From assembly GCA_963762565.1 (NCBI GenBank), contig CAVXLD010000010.1:384001-448000 (forward strand): DNA of 64,000 bases. The letters run 5' to 3'. A model generated the notes under the pieces. The model did not search any database. It was not told the origin of the DNA and saw nothing but the letters and a program-made list of their open reading frames with translations. This DNA is from an uncultured Verrucomicrobiae bacterium. Lineage in GTDB: Bacteria; Verrucomicrobiota; Verrucomicrobiia; Chthoniobacterales; JAFAMB01. This document shows, piece after piece, positions 1 through 10,800 of the stretch; position 1 is the first letter of the stretch, and each line of letters begins with the position of its first letter. A program made the position numbers and the translations under genes.

Positions 1-794
1 AGGTCGGCCACAAAACTCAGCGTCATCGGCTCAACGCGTGAAAAAAGGGCCACCAAAATCGACCCGCCCCCGATCAAAAGGCTGCACGGCAGAAGCACGT
101 TAGCAGCTCCTCCCAACCCCAGTAGAGGAGTCATAAAAGTCGCCAGCAGCGCGAGGGCTCCAATAAGAATGGCGCTCCGATTTGCACCCAGCAACACCGG
201 TAACGTCCTAGTGCGGCTTCGCACATCCCCTTCAATATCGCGAAGATCAAAACTGATGCTGTTAACGCTTAAAATGATGAAGCACCACAAAAAGACCAGC
301 ATCTCTCTTGGCCCTAAGCTTCGTCTGAGCTCGAGCACGGGCCACAAGACTAGAACCGCGGCGATAATCAGCGGGGCAATAAAGGTTTTTAAGACAGGGA
401 GATCTTTCAACCGTCTTCGAACCAAGGGGATTGGCCGGGAGTAGAATTGTAGTGCCACAATCGCAAGTGCGATTGGAGGAATAAGCCACCAGCGGCCAGT
501 AACTGCCGGCCAACCCACCAGTGTTGCGCCACTGAGCCAGATTAAGAAGAACCGTTTCGACCGCAGCGATTCCCGATACCGAAAACGGATCGGAGTATTC
601 ACCTGATCAGCGGGATCGTAGTGGAGTCTATCAAAATTATACACCAACAAATAACCGCCTAACCAAAGCGGAGCGGAACGCAGCCAAGGACTACCGGTCA
701 AGTGACAAACGACCCATCCTAGACACGTAACAGAAACTCCTCCAACCACTTCCAACAAATACACTTGTCTCAAAAACGTGAGTACATTCTGCAC
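1..794 (-). CDS. UbiA-family prenyltransferase (3' end runs off the left edge; absent from the ORF track)
   Basis: My own minus-strand translation from GTG at 794 is open to position 1: ...LLVYNFDRLHYDPADQVNTP...FYSRPIPLVRRRLKDLPVLKTF...SISFDLRDIEGDVRSRTRTLPVLLG... It has both Asp-rich UbiA motifs and several hydrophobic helices. The start codon is uncertain. Confidence 0.75.
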   Translation of the reverse strand, partial: MQNVLTFLRQVYLLEVVGGVSVTCLGWVVCHLTGSPWLRSAPLWLGGYLLVYNFDRLHYDPADQVNTPIRFRYRESLRSKRFFLIWLSGATLVGWPAVTGRWWLIPPIALAIVALQFYSRPIPLVRRRLKDLPVLKTFIAPLIIAAVLVLWPVLELRRSLGPREMLVFLWCFIILSVNSISFDLRDIEGDVRSRTRTLPVLLGANRSAILIGALALLATFMTPLLGLGGAANVLLPCSLLIGGGSILVALFSRVEPMTLSFVAD

Positions 795-1037
795 TGATTT
801 ACTCAGTCCCAACCAAAAATTTGTTCTCTTCCCTCACTTTTTTCCTTGTCAGATTGTTTCCTTGACGATCTGTTCCGCCCTACCTAGATACAGGCAAGCC
901 ATCATAAATTTGATTCTGGATTTAACTAGATACTGTGGCTCACCTACACTCGTGAAGACTGGCCCTAACAACAAGGGAGTGCTTAACCGGTTGGAACGTT
1001 GGTGTAACCACAAGCAAGAATAGAAGGTCGACTTTTA

Positions 1038-2072
1038 ATGTTTAACGGTGTTTTCGGGTTATTTTCGAACGATATCGGCATAGATCTCGGAACGGCTAAT
1101 ACGCTCGTATACGTCAAGGACCAGGGTATCGTCCTGCGCGAACCGTCAGTCGTTGCTGTACGGGCCGGAAGCAGCCACGTCCTTGCCGTCGGCGATGAAG
1201 CCAAGCGGATGTTGGGACGTACGCCAGGTAATATCGTAGCGGTACGGCCGTTGAAAGATGGTGTAATCGCCGACTTCGAGATGACGGAGGCGATGCTGAG
1301 GCATTTTATTACTAAGGTTCACAGCAGCAAATGGGTCCGGCCCAGGGTCGTCATCGCGGTGCCCTCGGGAATCACCGAAGTGGAGAAACGCGCCGTCAAA
1401 GAATCAGCCGCGCACGCCGGGGCCAGGGAAGTATATCTGATAGAAGAACCTATGGCAGCCGCTATCGGCGTAGGCTTACCTGTTCAAGACGCCGCCGGAA
1501 ATATGATTATCGATATCGGAGGCGGCACCACGGAGGTGGCCCTGATTTCTCTGTCCGGAATCGTATTCAGCCGCAGCGTCCGGGTCGCAGGCGATGAACT
1601 CGATGAGGCCGTGGCCGGCTATATGAAACGGGCCTACAACCTGATGATCGGCGAGCGGACTGCGGAAGAGATCAAGATCAAGATCGGCAGTGCGTATCCC
1701 ATGGACAAAGAAACCAGCATGGAGGTCAAGGGGCGAGACCTGGTTGCCGGCCTGCCGAAGACTTTGACGATTACTTCGCAAGAAGTTCGCGAGGCATTAC
1801 TGGAACCGATTTCTACCATCGTGGAATCCGTTCGCGTGACTCTAGAACGTTGCCCGCCGGAGCTATCGGCCGACCTGGTCGATCGGGGCTTGGTTCTAGC
1901 CGGCGGGGGCGCGCTGCTCCGAGGACTAGACAAGCTGCTCCAGGAGGAAACCGGGCTTCCCGTCCATGTCGCGGAGGATCCCCTCAGCGCCGTCGCTGAG
2001 GGAACAGGTCGAGCCCTGAGCGAGATTAAATTCCTCCGGCAAGTTGCGTCATCCGACAAGCCGATCCGTTGA
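1038..2072 (+). CDS. mreB: Rod shape-determining actin-like protein MreB
   Basis: [34 protein letters not shown] and GGGALL motifs. Confidence 0.98.
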   Translation: MFNGVFGLFSNDIGIDLGTANTLVYVKDQGIVLREPSVVAVRAGSSHVLAVGDEAKRMLGRTPGNIVAVRPLKDGVIADFEMTEAMLRHFITKVHSSKWVRPRVVIAVPSGITEVEKRAVKESAAHAGAREVYLIEEPMAAAIGVGLPVQDAAGNMIIDIGGGTTEVALISLSGIVFSRSVRVAGDELDEAVAGYMKRAYNLMIGERTAEEIKIKIGSAYPMDKETSMEVKGRDLVAGLPKTLTITSQEVREALLEPISTIVESVRVTLERCPPELSADLVDRGLVLAGGGALLRGLDKLLQEETGLPVHVAEDPLSAVAEGTGRALSEIKFLRQVASSDKPIR

Positions 2073-2092
2073 CCCCCCAGCAAGCCACTTTC

Positions 2093-2896
2093 ATGAGGGG
2101 CACATCAATCGCAGCGTTGATCACGTTTGTGGTTCTGGTCGCTTTTGTCCTGCTTATGCCAGCCGGCTGCAAACAACAATGGCAAGCGGCATTTCTAAAT
2201 ACAGTGGCCCCGGTCTTCCATGCCACTTCTGCCGTCACTCAAGGCCTAGGCGGCGTCAGCGGAGGGTTCAAAAAGCTGGATGAACTCGAAAAGGAAAACC
2301 GTGATCTCCGGACAGAAAACGCCGAACTAAGGACCTCAAACTCCCTCCTGAAAAACTTAGAGTCCGAGGTGAACCGGCTGAATCGGGCCCTCGGTTATCG
2401 GGAACGCTCTCCGTTCAATCTCTTGCCCGCGCGAGTCATCAATAGAGAGAACGCAGCCTGGTGGAACACTTGCACCATCGACCGTGGCTCCGCGGACGGC
2501 GTGGCGATCGACATGGCGGTCGTGACCGAGGCTGGGTTGGTCGGGAAGATCGTGAACGTGTCCAAGAACGCCTCGATCGTCCTTCTCGTTTCGGATGAAG
2601 GGCTTAAAGTTTCAGTGAGTATCGAGGGAACTCAGGAGCAAGGTATCATCAGCGGAACCCGGGCTTCCTCTAATTACGCACCCGATTTGCGTATCGGTTT
2701 TATAAGTAAGACTGCCGAGGTGAAGCCCGGTATGAAAGTGTTTACTTCTGGCACTGGCGGCGTATTCCCTTCCGGGGTGCTGGTTGGCACCGTAAAAGCG
2801 TTCGCCATTAAGGAGCTTGAAGGTGTGGCTACGGTCGAGCCGGCAGTCGATTTAACTCACTTCGAAGACGTTTTTGTAATCACCGGGACACGATGA
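2093..2896 (+). CDS. mreC: Rod shape-determining protein MreC
   Basis: N-terminal TM, coiled coil, then IDRGS.DGV, GLVGKI and VFTSG.GGVFPSG motifs; follows mreB. ATG 2093 preferred over TTG 2069. Confidence 0.93.
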   Translation: MRGTSIAALITFVVLVAFVLLMPAGCKQQWQAAFLNTVAPVFHATSAVTQGLGGVSGGFKKLDELEKENRDLRTENAELRTSNSLLKNLESEVNRLNRALGYRERSPFNLLPARVINRENAAWWNTCTIDRGSADGVAIDMAVVTEAGLVGKIVNVSKNASIVLLVSDEGLKVSVSIEGTQEQGIISGTRASSNYAPDLRIGFISKTAEVKPGMKVFTSGTGGVFPSGVLVGTVKAFAIKELEGVATVEPAVDLTHFEDVFVITGTR

Positions 2897-3444
2897 TACG
2901 ATTCTCTTTGGTCTTGGTCTTGCTGATCTTCCTAGCGTCCATTCTCCAACGTTACATCCCACCGATCATCTGGCTCAAAGAATCGGCTATTCTGCTCGCT
3001 CCGGCTCTCTTATTCTACGGTTGTTTGACCCTGCCGTTTCCTCACGTGTTGGGTCTGACGTTTTTCACCGGTTTCATCAATGATCTTTTGACCGTCCCAT
3101 TCGCCCCGGAGAGCAACTACTCAATCGGTACCTCGATTCTGCTTTTGCTCGTTCCCGCTCTCATTATGCACGGCTTTAGCTCGACCTTTCTCAGAGGGCG
3201 ATGGTTCACAAATTTGTTGTTGTCCGAACTGGCGGCTGTTTTGACTCCTTTTCTTTTGCTGGGCCAATACGCTATTATAAGCTTTGAAAGACGCGAGTTT
3301 TTCTACAACGACGTAATAATGTGGCGGATTTTGGGTCCTGGAGTGATTGCAATTGTGATTAGCCCGTGTGTATTCCTGGTTCTCGCCTATCTCTCGGATC
3401 TTCTCCGATACGAACCGCAACTTGAGCGAACGAGGCTTGGCTGA
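2893..3444 (+). CDS. mreD: Probable MreD membrane protein
   Basis: 183-aa multi-TM protein between mreC (ATGA overlap) and PBP2; G.INDLL motif. Call rests mainly on synteny. Confidence 0.75.
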   Translation: MIRFSLVLVLLIFLASILQRYIPPIIWLKESAILLAPALLFYGCLTLPFPHVLGLTFFTGFINDLLTVPFAPESNYSIGTSILLLLVPALIMHGFSSTFLRGRWFTNLLLSELAAVLTPFLLLGQYAIISFERREFFYNDVIMWRILGPGVIAIVISPCVFLVLAYLSDLLRYEPQLERTRLG

Positions 3445-3449
3445 CAGTT

Positions 3450-5690
3450 ATGGCGCGCCCTAAACCATTTGCGACTCTCGATTTTCGGATCCTGACCTTA
3501 GCTTCCCTTATCCTACTTGCGCTAATCGTTATCGGCTTTCGCCTCTGGTGGGTCCAGGTTAAACTTTACGCGCATTATAAGGCAAAAATTCAGGGCTCCT
3601 CGGAGGTAAGCGTACGTATTCCCTCCGTCCGCGGCGAAATACGGGATCGGAACGGCGTTGTGTTGGTAACCAACCGCCAAAGTTACGAAGTTGATTTCTA
3701 CCTGCCGGAGCTAGTAAGCGGCTACCGTAAACAATACGGAGCACCGCCGATGGTCGACTACCTTCGCAAGAGCGCCGACGGGATGCTGAGGGAAACCAAA
3801 GAAGAAGATATCGTCCAGATGGTTGATCAGACGATCATTCCCAGACTGGAGCAGCTGAAGGTCGCAGAGCCATATAACTCCCAACGTTTGCGTACTCATT
3901 ATCGCAACAACACGTTGGTCCCTTTTATCTATCGGGAAGATTTAGATTTTTCGACCATCTCTAAGTTTGCCGAAAAAGACCTCGGTCTACCCGGCGTACA
4001 AGTCAACATCCGTCCGGTCCGCAAATACGTCTACAATTCCCTGGCCGCCCAGATCCTTGGCTATGTCGGTGCACCAAAGGACATCAATAAGCTTCCGGAT
4101 ATTAAGGACTTTAACTTTTATCAACCTGACGTTCAGGGGCGGACCAACATCGAATATTTTCTGGACGACGAGCTTCGAGGCAAACCGGGCCGGCGAATTC
4201 TAAAGAAAGACGCCAAAAACCATATCGAGGGTGAGAAAGAGCTGATTCAGCCCACCGCTGGAGCAAATGTCTACCTCACGATTGACGCCCGGATCCAATA
4301 CATCGTCGAACGAACGCTCCGATCCGTCGGCCGGGCTTCGTGTGTCGTTGTCGATCCAAACAACGGCCAGATTCTGGCCATGGCTTCCATTCCGTCGTAC
4401 GATCCTAATAAATTTATCCCCTCGATTTCGGCTCGGGATTGGGCGGCAATTAAAGACGCGGATGCCGATCCCCTGACAAACCGGGCCATTAGCGCTTTTG
4501 CTCCGGGTTCAACTTACAAAATCGCCACCTCGCTGGCAGGACTTACCAGAGGTTTGGCTAAAGCCCAATTTACCTGCACCGGTGGCGTCACCTACGGCAA
4601 CACTTATATGAAATGCTGGATTGCCGATAAGGGAGGCGCGCATGGCACCCAGACCCTTACGGAGGCAATCAAGAACTCATGCAATGCGTTTTTCTATCAG
4701 TACGGGAATGCGGCAGGAATCGATGCAATTGACAAGGTCGGGAGTACGCTCGGCCTCGGCCAGACCTCCGGAGTGGAGTTGAGCGGCGAAGATCCCGGAT
4801 TACTGCCTTCGCCGGAATGGTTGCGAGTGACTAAGAACGAGAAATGGAGCGAAGGCCAGACGGCGAATACCTCGATCGGTCAAGGCTATGTCCTGGCGAG
4901 CCCGCTGCAGATGGCCATGGTCGCTGCCACGGTTGCCAACGGCGGCACCGTCTACCGGCCTAGCCTCATCTACAAAATCCAAGAGGCGGATGGGACCGAG
5001 ATCCGAAAGCCAGAAAAGATTCGGGGCGACCTGAAAAGGGATAATCATCTATCCAAGGAAGACATCGAACTGGTTCGTCGTGGGATGTGGCGGGTGGTAA
5101 ATGACCCGGGCGGGACCGGATCCAGAGCTAAAATTCCCGGCATTGTGGTGGCCGGTAAGACGGGCACAGCTCAGTTCTGGCGCGACGGCCAGAAAGATAA
5201 TCACACCTGGTTCGTCGCGTTCGCGCCCTATGACAATCCTAAGATTGCGCTCGCTGTACTCGTGCAGGGAGCCAAAGCGGGAGGTCAGGTTCCAGCGCCG
5301 ATCGCGGCCAAACTGATCGAGGAAATCTTAGCCTTAGACAAAGGGTATGACCCAGGGGTGAAACCCCTGGATCCGGCTATCGGCAATTTCAAGTTCGTCG
5401 AGACCATTGACTTCAAAGACAACAACATTCCCGCGGAGTTGACAGGTAACGACGAAGAAACTTCCGATACGGAGCCGGCAGCAGAGGAGAGCTCGACCAA
5501 GGTCTCCAAAAGTGAAGGGAACGAACCGGATATCCGCGCAGAAGCGGATGATCATCGGACGGTTAGAGCCACTCCAACACCACAGCCTAGTAAGTCGAAG
5601 AGCTTCTTCGATTTTTTCCGGAGAAAGAGCAACGGGACCCCGCAACCCGGACAAAGCCCGGAAAAGAAGAAGCACTTCTTATTCTTTTAG
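3450..5690 (+). CDS. mrdA: Penicillin-binding protein 2
   Basis: RGEIRDRNG, PGSTYK (SxxK), SCN (SxN) and KTGT motifs; low-complexity C-terminal tail. Confidence 0.95.
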   Translation: MARPKPFATLDFRILTLASLILLALIVIGFRLWWVQVKLYAHYKAKIQGSSEVSVRIPSVRGEIRDRNGVVLVTNRQSYEVDFYLPELVSGYRKQYGAPPMVDYLRKSADGMLRETKEEDIVQMVDQTIIPRLEQLKVAEPYNSQRLRTHYRNNTLVPFIYREDLDFSTISKFAEKDLGLPGVQVNIRPVRKYVYNSLAAQILGYVGAPKDINKLPDIKDFNFYQPDVQGRTNIEYFLDDELRGKPGRRILKKDAKNHIEGEKELIQPTAGANVYLTIDARIQYIVERTLRSVGRASCVVVDPNNGQILAMASIPSYDPNKFIPSISARDWAAIKDADADPLTNRAISAFAPGSTYKIATSLAGLTRGLAKAQFTCTGGVTYGNTYMKCWIADKGGAHGTQTLTEAIKNSCNAFFYQYGNAAGIDAIDKVGSTLGLGQTSGVELSGEDPGLLPSPEWLRVTKNEKWSEGQTANTSIGQGYVLASPLQMAMVAATVANGGTVYRPSLIYKIQEADGTEIRKPEKIRGDLKRDNHLSKEDIELVRRGMWRVVNDPGGTGSRAKIPGIVVAGKTGTAQFWRDGQKDNHTWFVAFAPYDNPKIALAVLVQGAKAGGQVPAPIAAKLIEEILALDKGYDPGVKPLDPAIGNFKFVETIDFKDNNIPAELTGNDEETSDTEPAAEESSTKVSKSEGNEPDIRAEADDHRTVRATPTPQPSKSKSFFDFFRRKSNGTPQPGQSPEKKKHFLFF

Positions 5691-5696
5691 TTAGCG

Positions 5697-5730
5697 GCCG
5701 TTCGTGCTCAGTTTAACGAGCGGCGCTTTT
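5697..5730 (+). terminator. Possible terminator or 5'-UTR hairpin between mrdA and rne/rng
   Basis: GCCGTTCGT-N10-ACGAGCGGC stem followed by GCTTTT. Confidence 0.3.
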
Positions 5731-5750
5731 AACCATTTTTGTTCCGACCA

Positions 5751-7319
5751 ATGTTAGAAAAAGTGAAACAATTGCTGGGGATAAATCCGAAAAAAGTCGG
5801 AAACCAACTCATTATTAGTTCCGAGAAACTAGAACGTCGCGTCGCCTTGCTGGAGGACGGCACTCTGGAAGAATATAACATCGAGCGCGACACCGACCGC
5901 AACATCGTCGGCAGCATTTTCAAAGGGAAAGTTAAGAATATCGAGCATGGTCTGAAGGCCATGTTTGTGGATATTGGCTTTGAGAAGAATGCCTTCCTCC
6001 ATTTCTGGGACGCGCTCCCCGGCTTGGACAGCGGCGTGGAGGAAGTTAACCGCGCGAGTGACCGCAAACATCGGAAGAAAATCACGGCTAAGGACGTGCC
6101 CGATATTTATCCGGTTGGGTCAGACGTCATGGTCCAAGTAACGAAGGGCCCCATCAGCAACAAGGGGCCCAGAATTACGACCAATATCAGCTTGGCTGGC
6201 CGTTACTTAGTGTTGATGCCGCACAATGATCAAAGCGGAATCTCTCGAAAAATCGAGGACCCTAAAGAGCGAGAACGCCTGAGGCAGATCTTGCAGAAGC
6301 TGGATATCCCAGAGGGGATGGGGGTAATCATCCGGACCATCGGGGAGGGACAGCGCGCACGGTATTTTGTGCGTGACTTGAGCCTTCTGCTTGAGCAATG
6401 GCGGCAAATCGAAGCCACCTTCAAGTCAAAGCCCGCTCCCGCCGTCCTCTTCCAGGAGCCAGACTTGATCGATCGCACCGTTCGGGATTTCCTGACCGAC
6501 GAGATTGACGCGGTTTATTGCGACGACGAAGCCGCCGTGCTACGGATGCAAGACCTGGTAGGACAGATTTCCAGGCGTTCAAAGCGGCGCGTCGTTTACT
6601 ATAACGAGTCTGTCCCCCTCTTTGAGCGGTTCGGTGTGCAAAAACAGATCGACGACGCTTTCCATCGGCAAGTTTGGCTCAAATGCGGTGGCTACATCGT
6701 CATCGATGAAACCGAAGCAATGATCGCGATCGACGTTAATACCGGCCGCAACAAAGGCACCAAGGACGTCGAACGCACCATTCTGCAAACAAACCTTGAG
6801 GCGGCAGACGAAATCTCCCGGCAGCTGAGACTGCGGAATATCGGCGGGTTAATTATCGGTGACTTCATCGATATGAAGAACCGGAAGGACCAGCAAATGG
6901 TCTACAACCGGATGAAAGAGAGATTGAAACGGGATAAAGCCAAGACACACGTGCTACCCATCTCCCCCCTTGGCCTAATGGAGATGACGAGGCAGCGAGC
7001 GCAAGAAAGTCTTACCGGCTCGATGTTTATGGTATGTCCTTATTGCAATGGCCGGGCCGTAGTTAAAAGCCCGATGACGATGAGCGTCGAAATCCAGCGC
7101 ACATTGCACGCGGTTCTTCGGAAGAAACCCGAGGTCCACGATATCCGCGTTATCGTTAATCCCGAGGTGCTAAATCGCCTCAAAACAGAGGATGAAGAAC
7201 TTTTGGTCGAGATCGAGCGGAAATATTCCGGTCGTTTAACGTTCCGGACTGATCCGACGTTCCACCACGAGAAGTTCGTTCTTCTCGACGCCCAAACCAA
7301 TCAAGAGCTAAAGCCGTGA
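5751..7319 (+). CDS. Rne/Rng family ribonuclease (catalytic domain only, RNase G-sized)
   Basis: S1 domain (VGSIFKGKVKNI, MFVDIG), KGPRITTNISLAGRYLV, IDVNTG, RLRNIGGLI..DFIDM and CPYCNG motifs. Confidence 0.95.
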   Translation: MLEKVKQLLGINPKKVGNQLIISSEKLERRVALLEDGTLEEYNIERDTDRNIVGSIFKGKVKNIEHGLKAMFVDIGFEKNAFLHFWDALPGLDSGVEEVNRASDRKHRKKITAKDVPDIYPVGSDVMVQVTKGPISNKGPRITTNISLAGRYLVLMPHNDQSGISRKIEDPKERERLRQILQKLDIPEGMGVIIRTIGEGQRARYFVRDLSLLLEQWRQIEATFKSKPAPAVLFQEPDLIDRTVRDFLTDEIDAVYCDDEAAVLRMQDLVGQISRRSKRRVVYYNESVPLFERFGVQKQIDDAFHRQVWLKCGGYIVIDETEAMIAIDVNTGRNKGTKDVERTILQTNLEAADEISRQLRLRNIGGLIIGDFIDMKNRKDQQMVYNRMKERLKRDKAKTHVLPISPLGLMEMTRQRAQESLTGSMFMVCPYCNGRAVVKSPMTMSVEIQRTLHAVLRKKPEVHDIRVIVNPEVLNRLKTEDEELLVEIERKYSGRLTFRTDPTFHHEKFVLLDAQTNQELKP

Positions 7320-7347
7320 GCCAGGGAGCGGGAAATCCGGCCCAGGA

Positions 7348-7369
7348 TTGGTAGGGCGAGGCTCCCGAA
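7348..7369 (+). repeat. Solo arm of REP-like family R1 (TTGGTAGGGCGAGGCTCCCGAA)
   Basis: Identical to the left arm at 29582; no inverted partner seen nearby. Confidence 0.75.
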
Positions 7370-7762
7370 ACTTACCAAAACGTCCGCGCAGGGGTGGATG
7401 GCGTCGCCCCGCATTGTCACGGATTGGGCCAATACCCAGCCTAGCCGCGGCCCTGATTCGCCACCACTCAGGAATGGAGATTTAAGCCCCAGCGCGTTTT
7501 CAGCCCATCGCGCTGCGCGCTGCGGTTCCACTCGCTCTTCGATAAGTTTCGCAGCCAATCTTCAAAAGTCTAACTCCGCGAGGAGTTTAGGGCATTTGAG
7601 AGCTTCGCTGAATCGACTGGACCCGCCGAAATCCGACCAATCTTGGGGCGCATTAGACGCGTTGAACTAATCAACACCTGTTGACATATCACCAGGTTCC
7701 TGAGCGAAGATTCTCCCCAACAAAAGCCAATATACTAGCCAAAATTGTCAGATTTTATTGCG

Positions 7763-7792
7763 TTGTGTCCGACTTTCTCAAGTTGATAGAAT
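7763..7792 (+). promoter_or_regulatory. Candidate sigma-70 promoter for the large TPR gene
   Basis: TTGTGT-18 bp-TAGAAT with an extended -10 TG, about 57 bp upstream of ATG 7850. Confidence 0.35.
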
Positions 7793-7849
7793 CCCCCGCA
7801 TTATTGGGACGGTAAGGTAAAACACCCAGAACCAATATCACCTTGCGCC

Positions 7850-10800
7850 ATGGCCTTTATGCAAACTACCTGGATCAAACTCGCGATAGCAATCATCGCG
7901 GCCACGCTCATTTACGGTCACACAGGGACGATCACGGCTGCAACTTCTACTAACACGCCAGGCTCCAAACCCTCGCCGGCTTCGAACACACTGGCCGAAT
8001 TGACCTCTAGCCCTTCGCCGGCTGGATTGGCACCCAGCGCTTCTCCAACTCCTGCCAGCCCGGAGCAATTAGCCCAAACCCTTCTCGATCGCGCTCAGTC
8101 GGAACTCCAGCACGGCGATTACTCGTCTGCTATGGCTGATTTCACCGGCGTCATCCGGCTGAAACCGAATTCGCCGGAGGCATTTTTGGGCCTGGGCAAA
8201 GCTCACGACAGTCTCAAACAATACACCGAGGCGGTCGCAGACTACACAGAGGCGATCCGGCTCAAACCCGGCTACGCAGAGGCCTATAGAGACCGAGACA
8301 AGGCTTACGATGAAATGAAGCAATACGACAAGGCGCTCGCTTCATTGACCGAAGTCATTCGCCTCAAACCGGACAACAGCGACGCCTACCGCAGCCGCGG
8401 CTACCTGTACTACTCTCTGGAGCAATACGACAAAGCGATCGCTGACTTTACAGCAGCCATCCGACTAAAGGCTGATGACATGCAAGCCTACGGTGAACGG
8501 GGTGATTCTTACATCAACCTCAAGCAATATGACAAAGCGATCGCCGATTTTACCGAAGCAATCGGGATCAGAAAACAACTGGCCACCGCGAGCGGCCCCG
8601 ACAAAGGCAAGATTGCACCGGAAGACGCCGACGCTTTCGGGGGTCGAGGTTATGCCTATTACCGCCTGAAGCAAGATGACAAGGCGATAGCCGATTTTAC
8701 CGAAGCCATCAGGATCAAACCGGATTACGTCGAAGCTTATGTTCGCAGGGGTAACGCCTACCTCAATTTAAAGCAATACGACAAGGCGATCGCTGATCAA
8801 ACCAAGTCGATCCAGATTAGACCTGATTTTGACGAGGCCTACATCGGGCGAGGGAATGCCTACACTCAACAGAAGCAGTACGACAAGGCAATCGCCGACT
8901 ATACTGAGGCGATCCGGCGCAAGCCGGATTCCGCCGAAGCTTATGTTGACCGCGGCTTCGCTAGTAACGGGCTCAAAAACTACGACAAAGCGACGGCCGA
9001 TTTTAACGCGGCGATCCGGCTCCAGGCCGACTCCGCCCGGGCCTATGTCGGGCGAGGCATCGCAGCTGACAATCTGCAGAACTCCGATAAAGCGATCAGC
9101 GACTTTAACGAAGCCATCCGGCTTCAGCCGAGTGATCCGGACGCCTTCCTCTACCGAGGTATCGCCTACAACGATCAGAAACAATACGACAAAGCCGTCG
9201 CCGATTACTCGGAAGCGATCAGGCTTAAACCGGATTACGCTGAAGCGTACGCCAATCGCGGCGTTGCCCGCGACCGGCTGAATCAGGAAGATACCGCCAT
9301 CGCCGATTTCAATGAAGCTATCCGGCTGAAACCCGACTACGCTGACGCTTACTCTAACCGGGGGAACGCTTACACAAGTTTAAAGCAATACGACAACGCT
9401 ATCGCCGATTTTGGGCAGGCGCTCGTGCTTCAGCCCGGTAATGCCAGCGCTTACGCCGGCCGGGGCAATGCCTACGCCAAGACGGAGCACTTTGACAACG
9501 CGATTACCGACTATACCGAGGCCCTTCGGCTCCGCCCAGACGACGCTGAGACTTTTGCGAGCCGGGCAGACGCTGACTCGAATCTGAAACAATACGACAA
9601 AGCCATCGCTGACTACTCGGAGGCCCTGCAACGTAAACCGGACTACGTCGATGCCTATGCAGGAAGAGGACAAGCTTACAATGCACTGAGCCAATACCCT
9701 AGGGCCGTCGCTGATTATAGCGCAGCTATCCGAGGCCGGCCTGATTTAGTCGACGCGTACGTGAATCGAGGTAATGCGTACGTCGCTCTAAAGCAGTACG
9801 ACAAAGCCACTACTGACTTCACAGAAGCCCTTCGACGCAAACCAGACCTTAACGACGCGCTGGTGGATAGAGGCAACACTTACGTCGCTCTAAAGCAGTA
9901 CGACAAAGCAACGGCCGATTTCGACCAAGCGACTAAGACCAACCCGAACTCTGCCGGCGCACACGCGGGCCGGGGAGATACTTTCGCTGCTTTGCGGCAA
10001 TACGACAAAGCCATTGTCGACTATACCGAGGCCATCCGGCTAAAACCCGACTCAGCCGGAGTATACGTGAGCCGCGGTGACGCTTACGCCGATTTGAAGC
10101 AATACGATAAAGCCATCGCCGACTATTCAGAAGCGAAACGTCTCGAGCCTGACTATGCTCCGGCGGATGCCGGCCGGGGCAACGCCTATGCCAATCTAGG
10201 GCAATATGACAAAGCCATCGCCGACTATGCGGAAACTATCCGGCTCCGGCCCGATTTCGCGGGCGCTTACGCCGGCCGCGGCAACGCTTACTCTAAGTTA
10301 GAGCAATACGAGAAGGCCATCGCCGACTACACCGACACCATCCGCTTGGAGCCTGATTTCGCTCAAGCGTATATGAACCGGGGAATTGCCTACGCCGATT
10401 TGAAGCAGTACGACAAAGCGATTGCCGACTATACCGATACGATCCGGTTGCAGCCTGACGCCGCGCAAGCTTACCTCAACCGAGGTATTGCCTATGCCGA
10501 TTTGAATCGAATCGATAACGCAATCACCGACTATACCGCAGCATTGCGCCTGAAGCCGGATTACGCAGAGGCATTTGTTAATCGGGGTAACTCCTATGCA
10601 AACTCGGGCAAATCTGACAACGCAATCACCGACTACACGGAGGCGTTGCGGCTTAAGCCCGATTACGCAGAGGGGTATGTCAACCGCGGGGTTTCTTACA
10701 TGCACCTGGGCCAATACGACAAAGCGATCGCCGACTATACCCAAGCAATTAAGCTGAACCCCAATCTTGCGGAAGCGTATGTCGACCAGGGCGACGCTTA

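Noticed and set aside
7370..7700. ncRNA or small gene between rne/rng and the TPR gene
   Set aside because: No recognisable RNA family or convincing ORF; probably a decayed R1 element plus promoter sequence.
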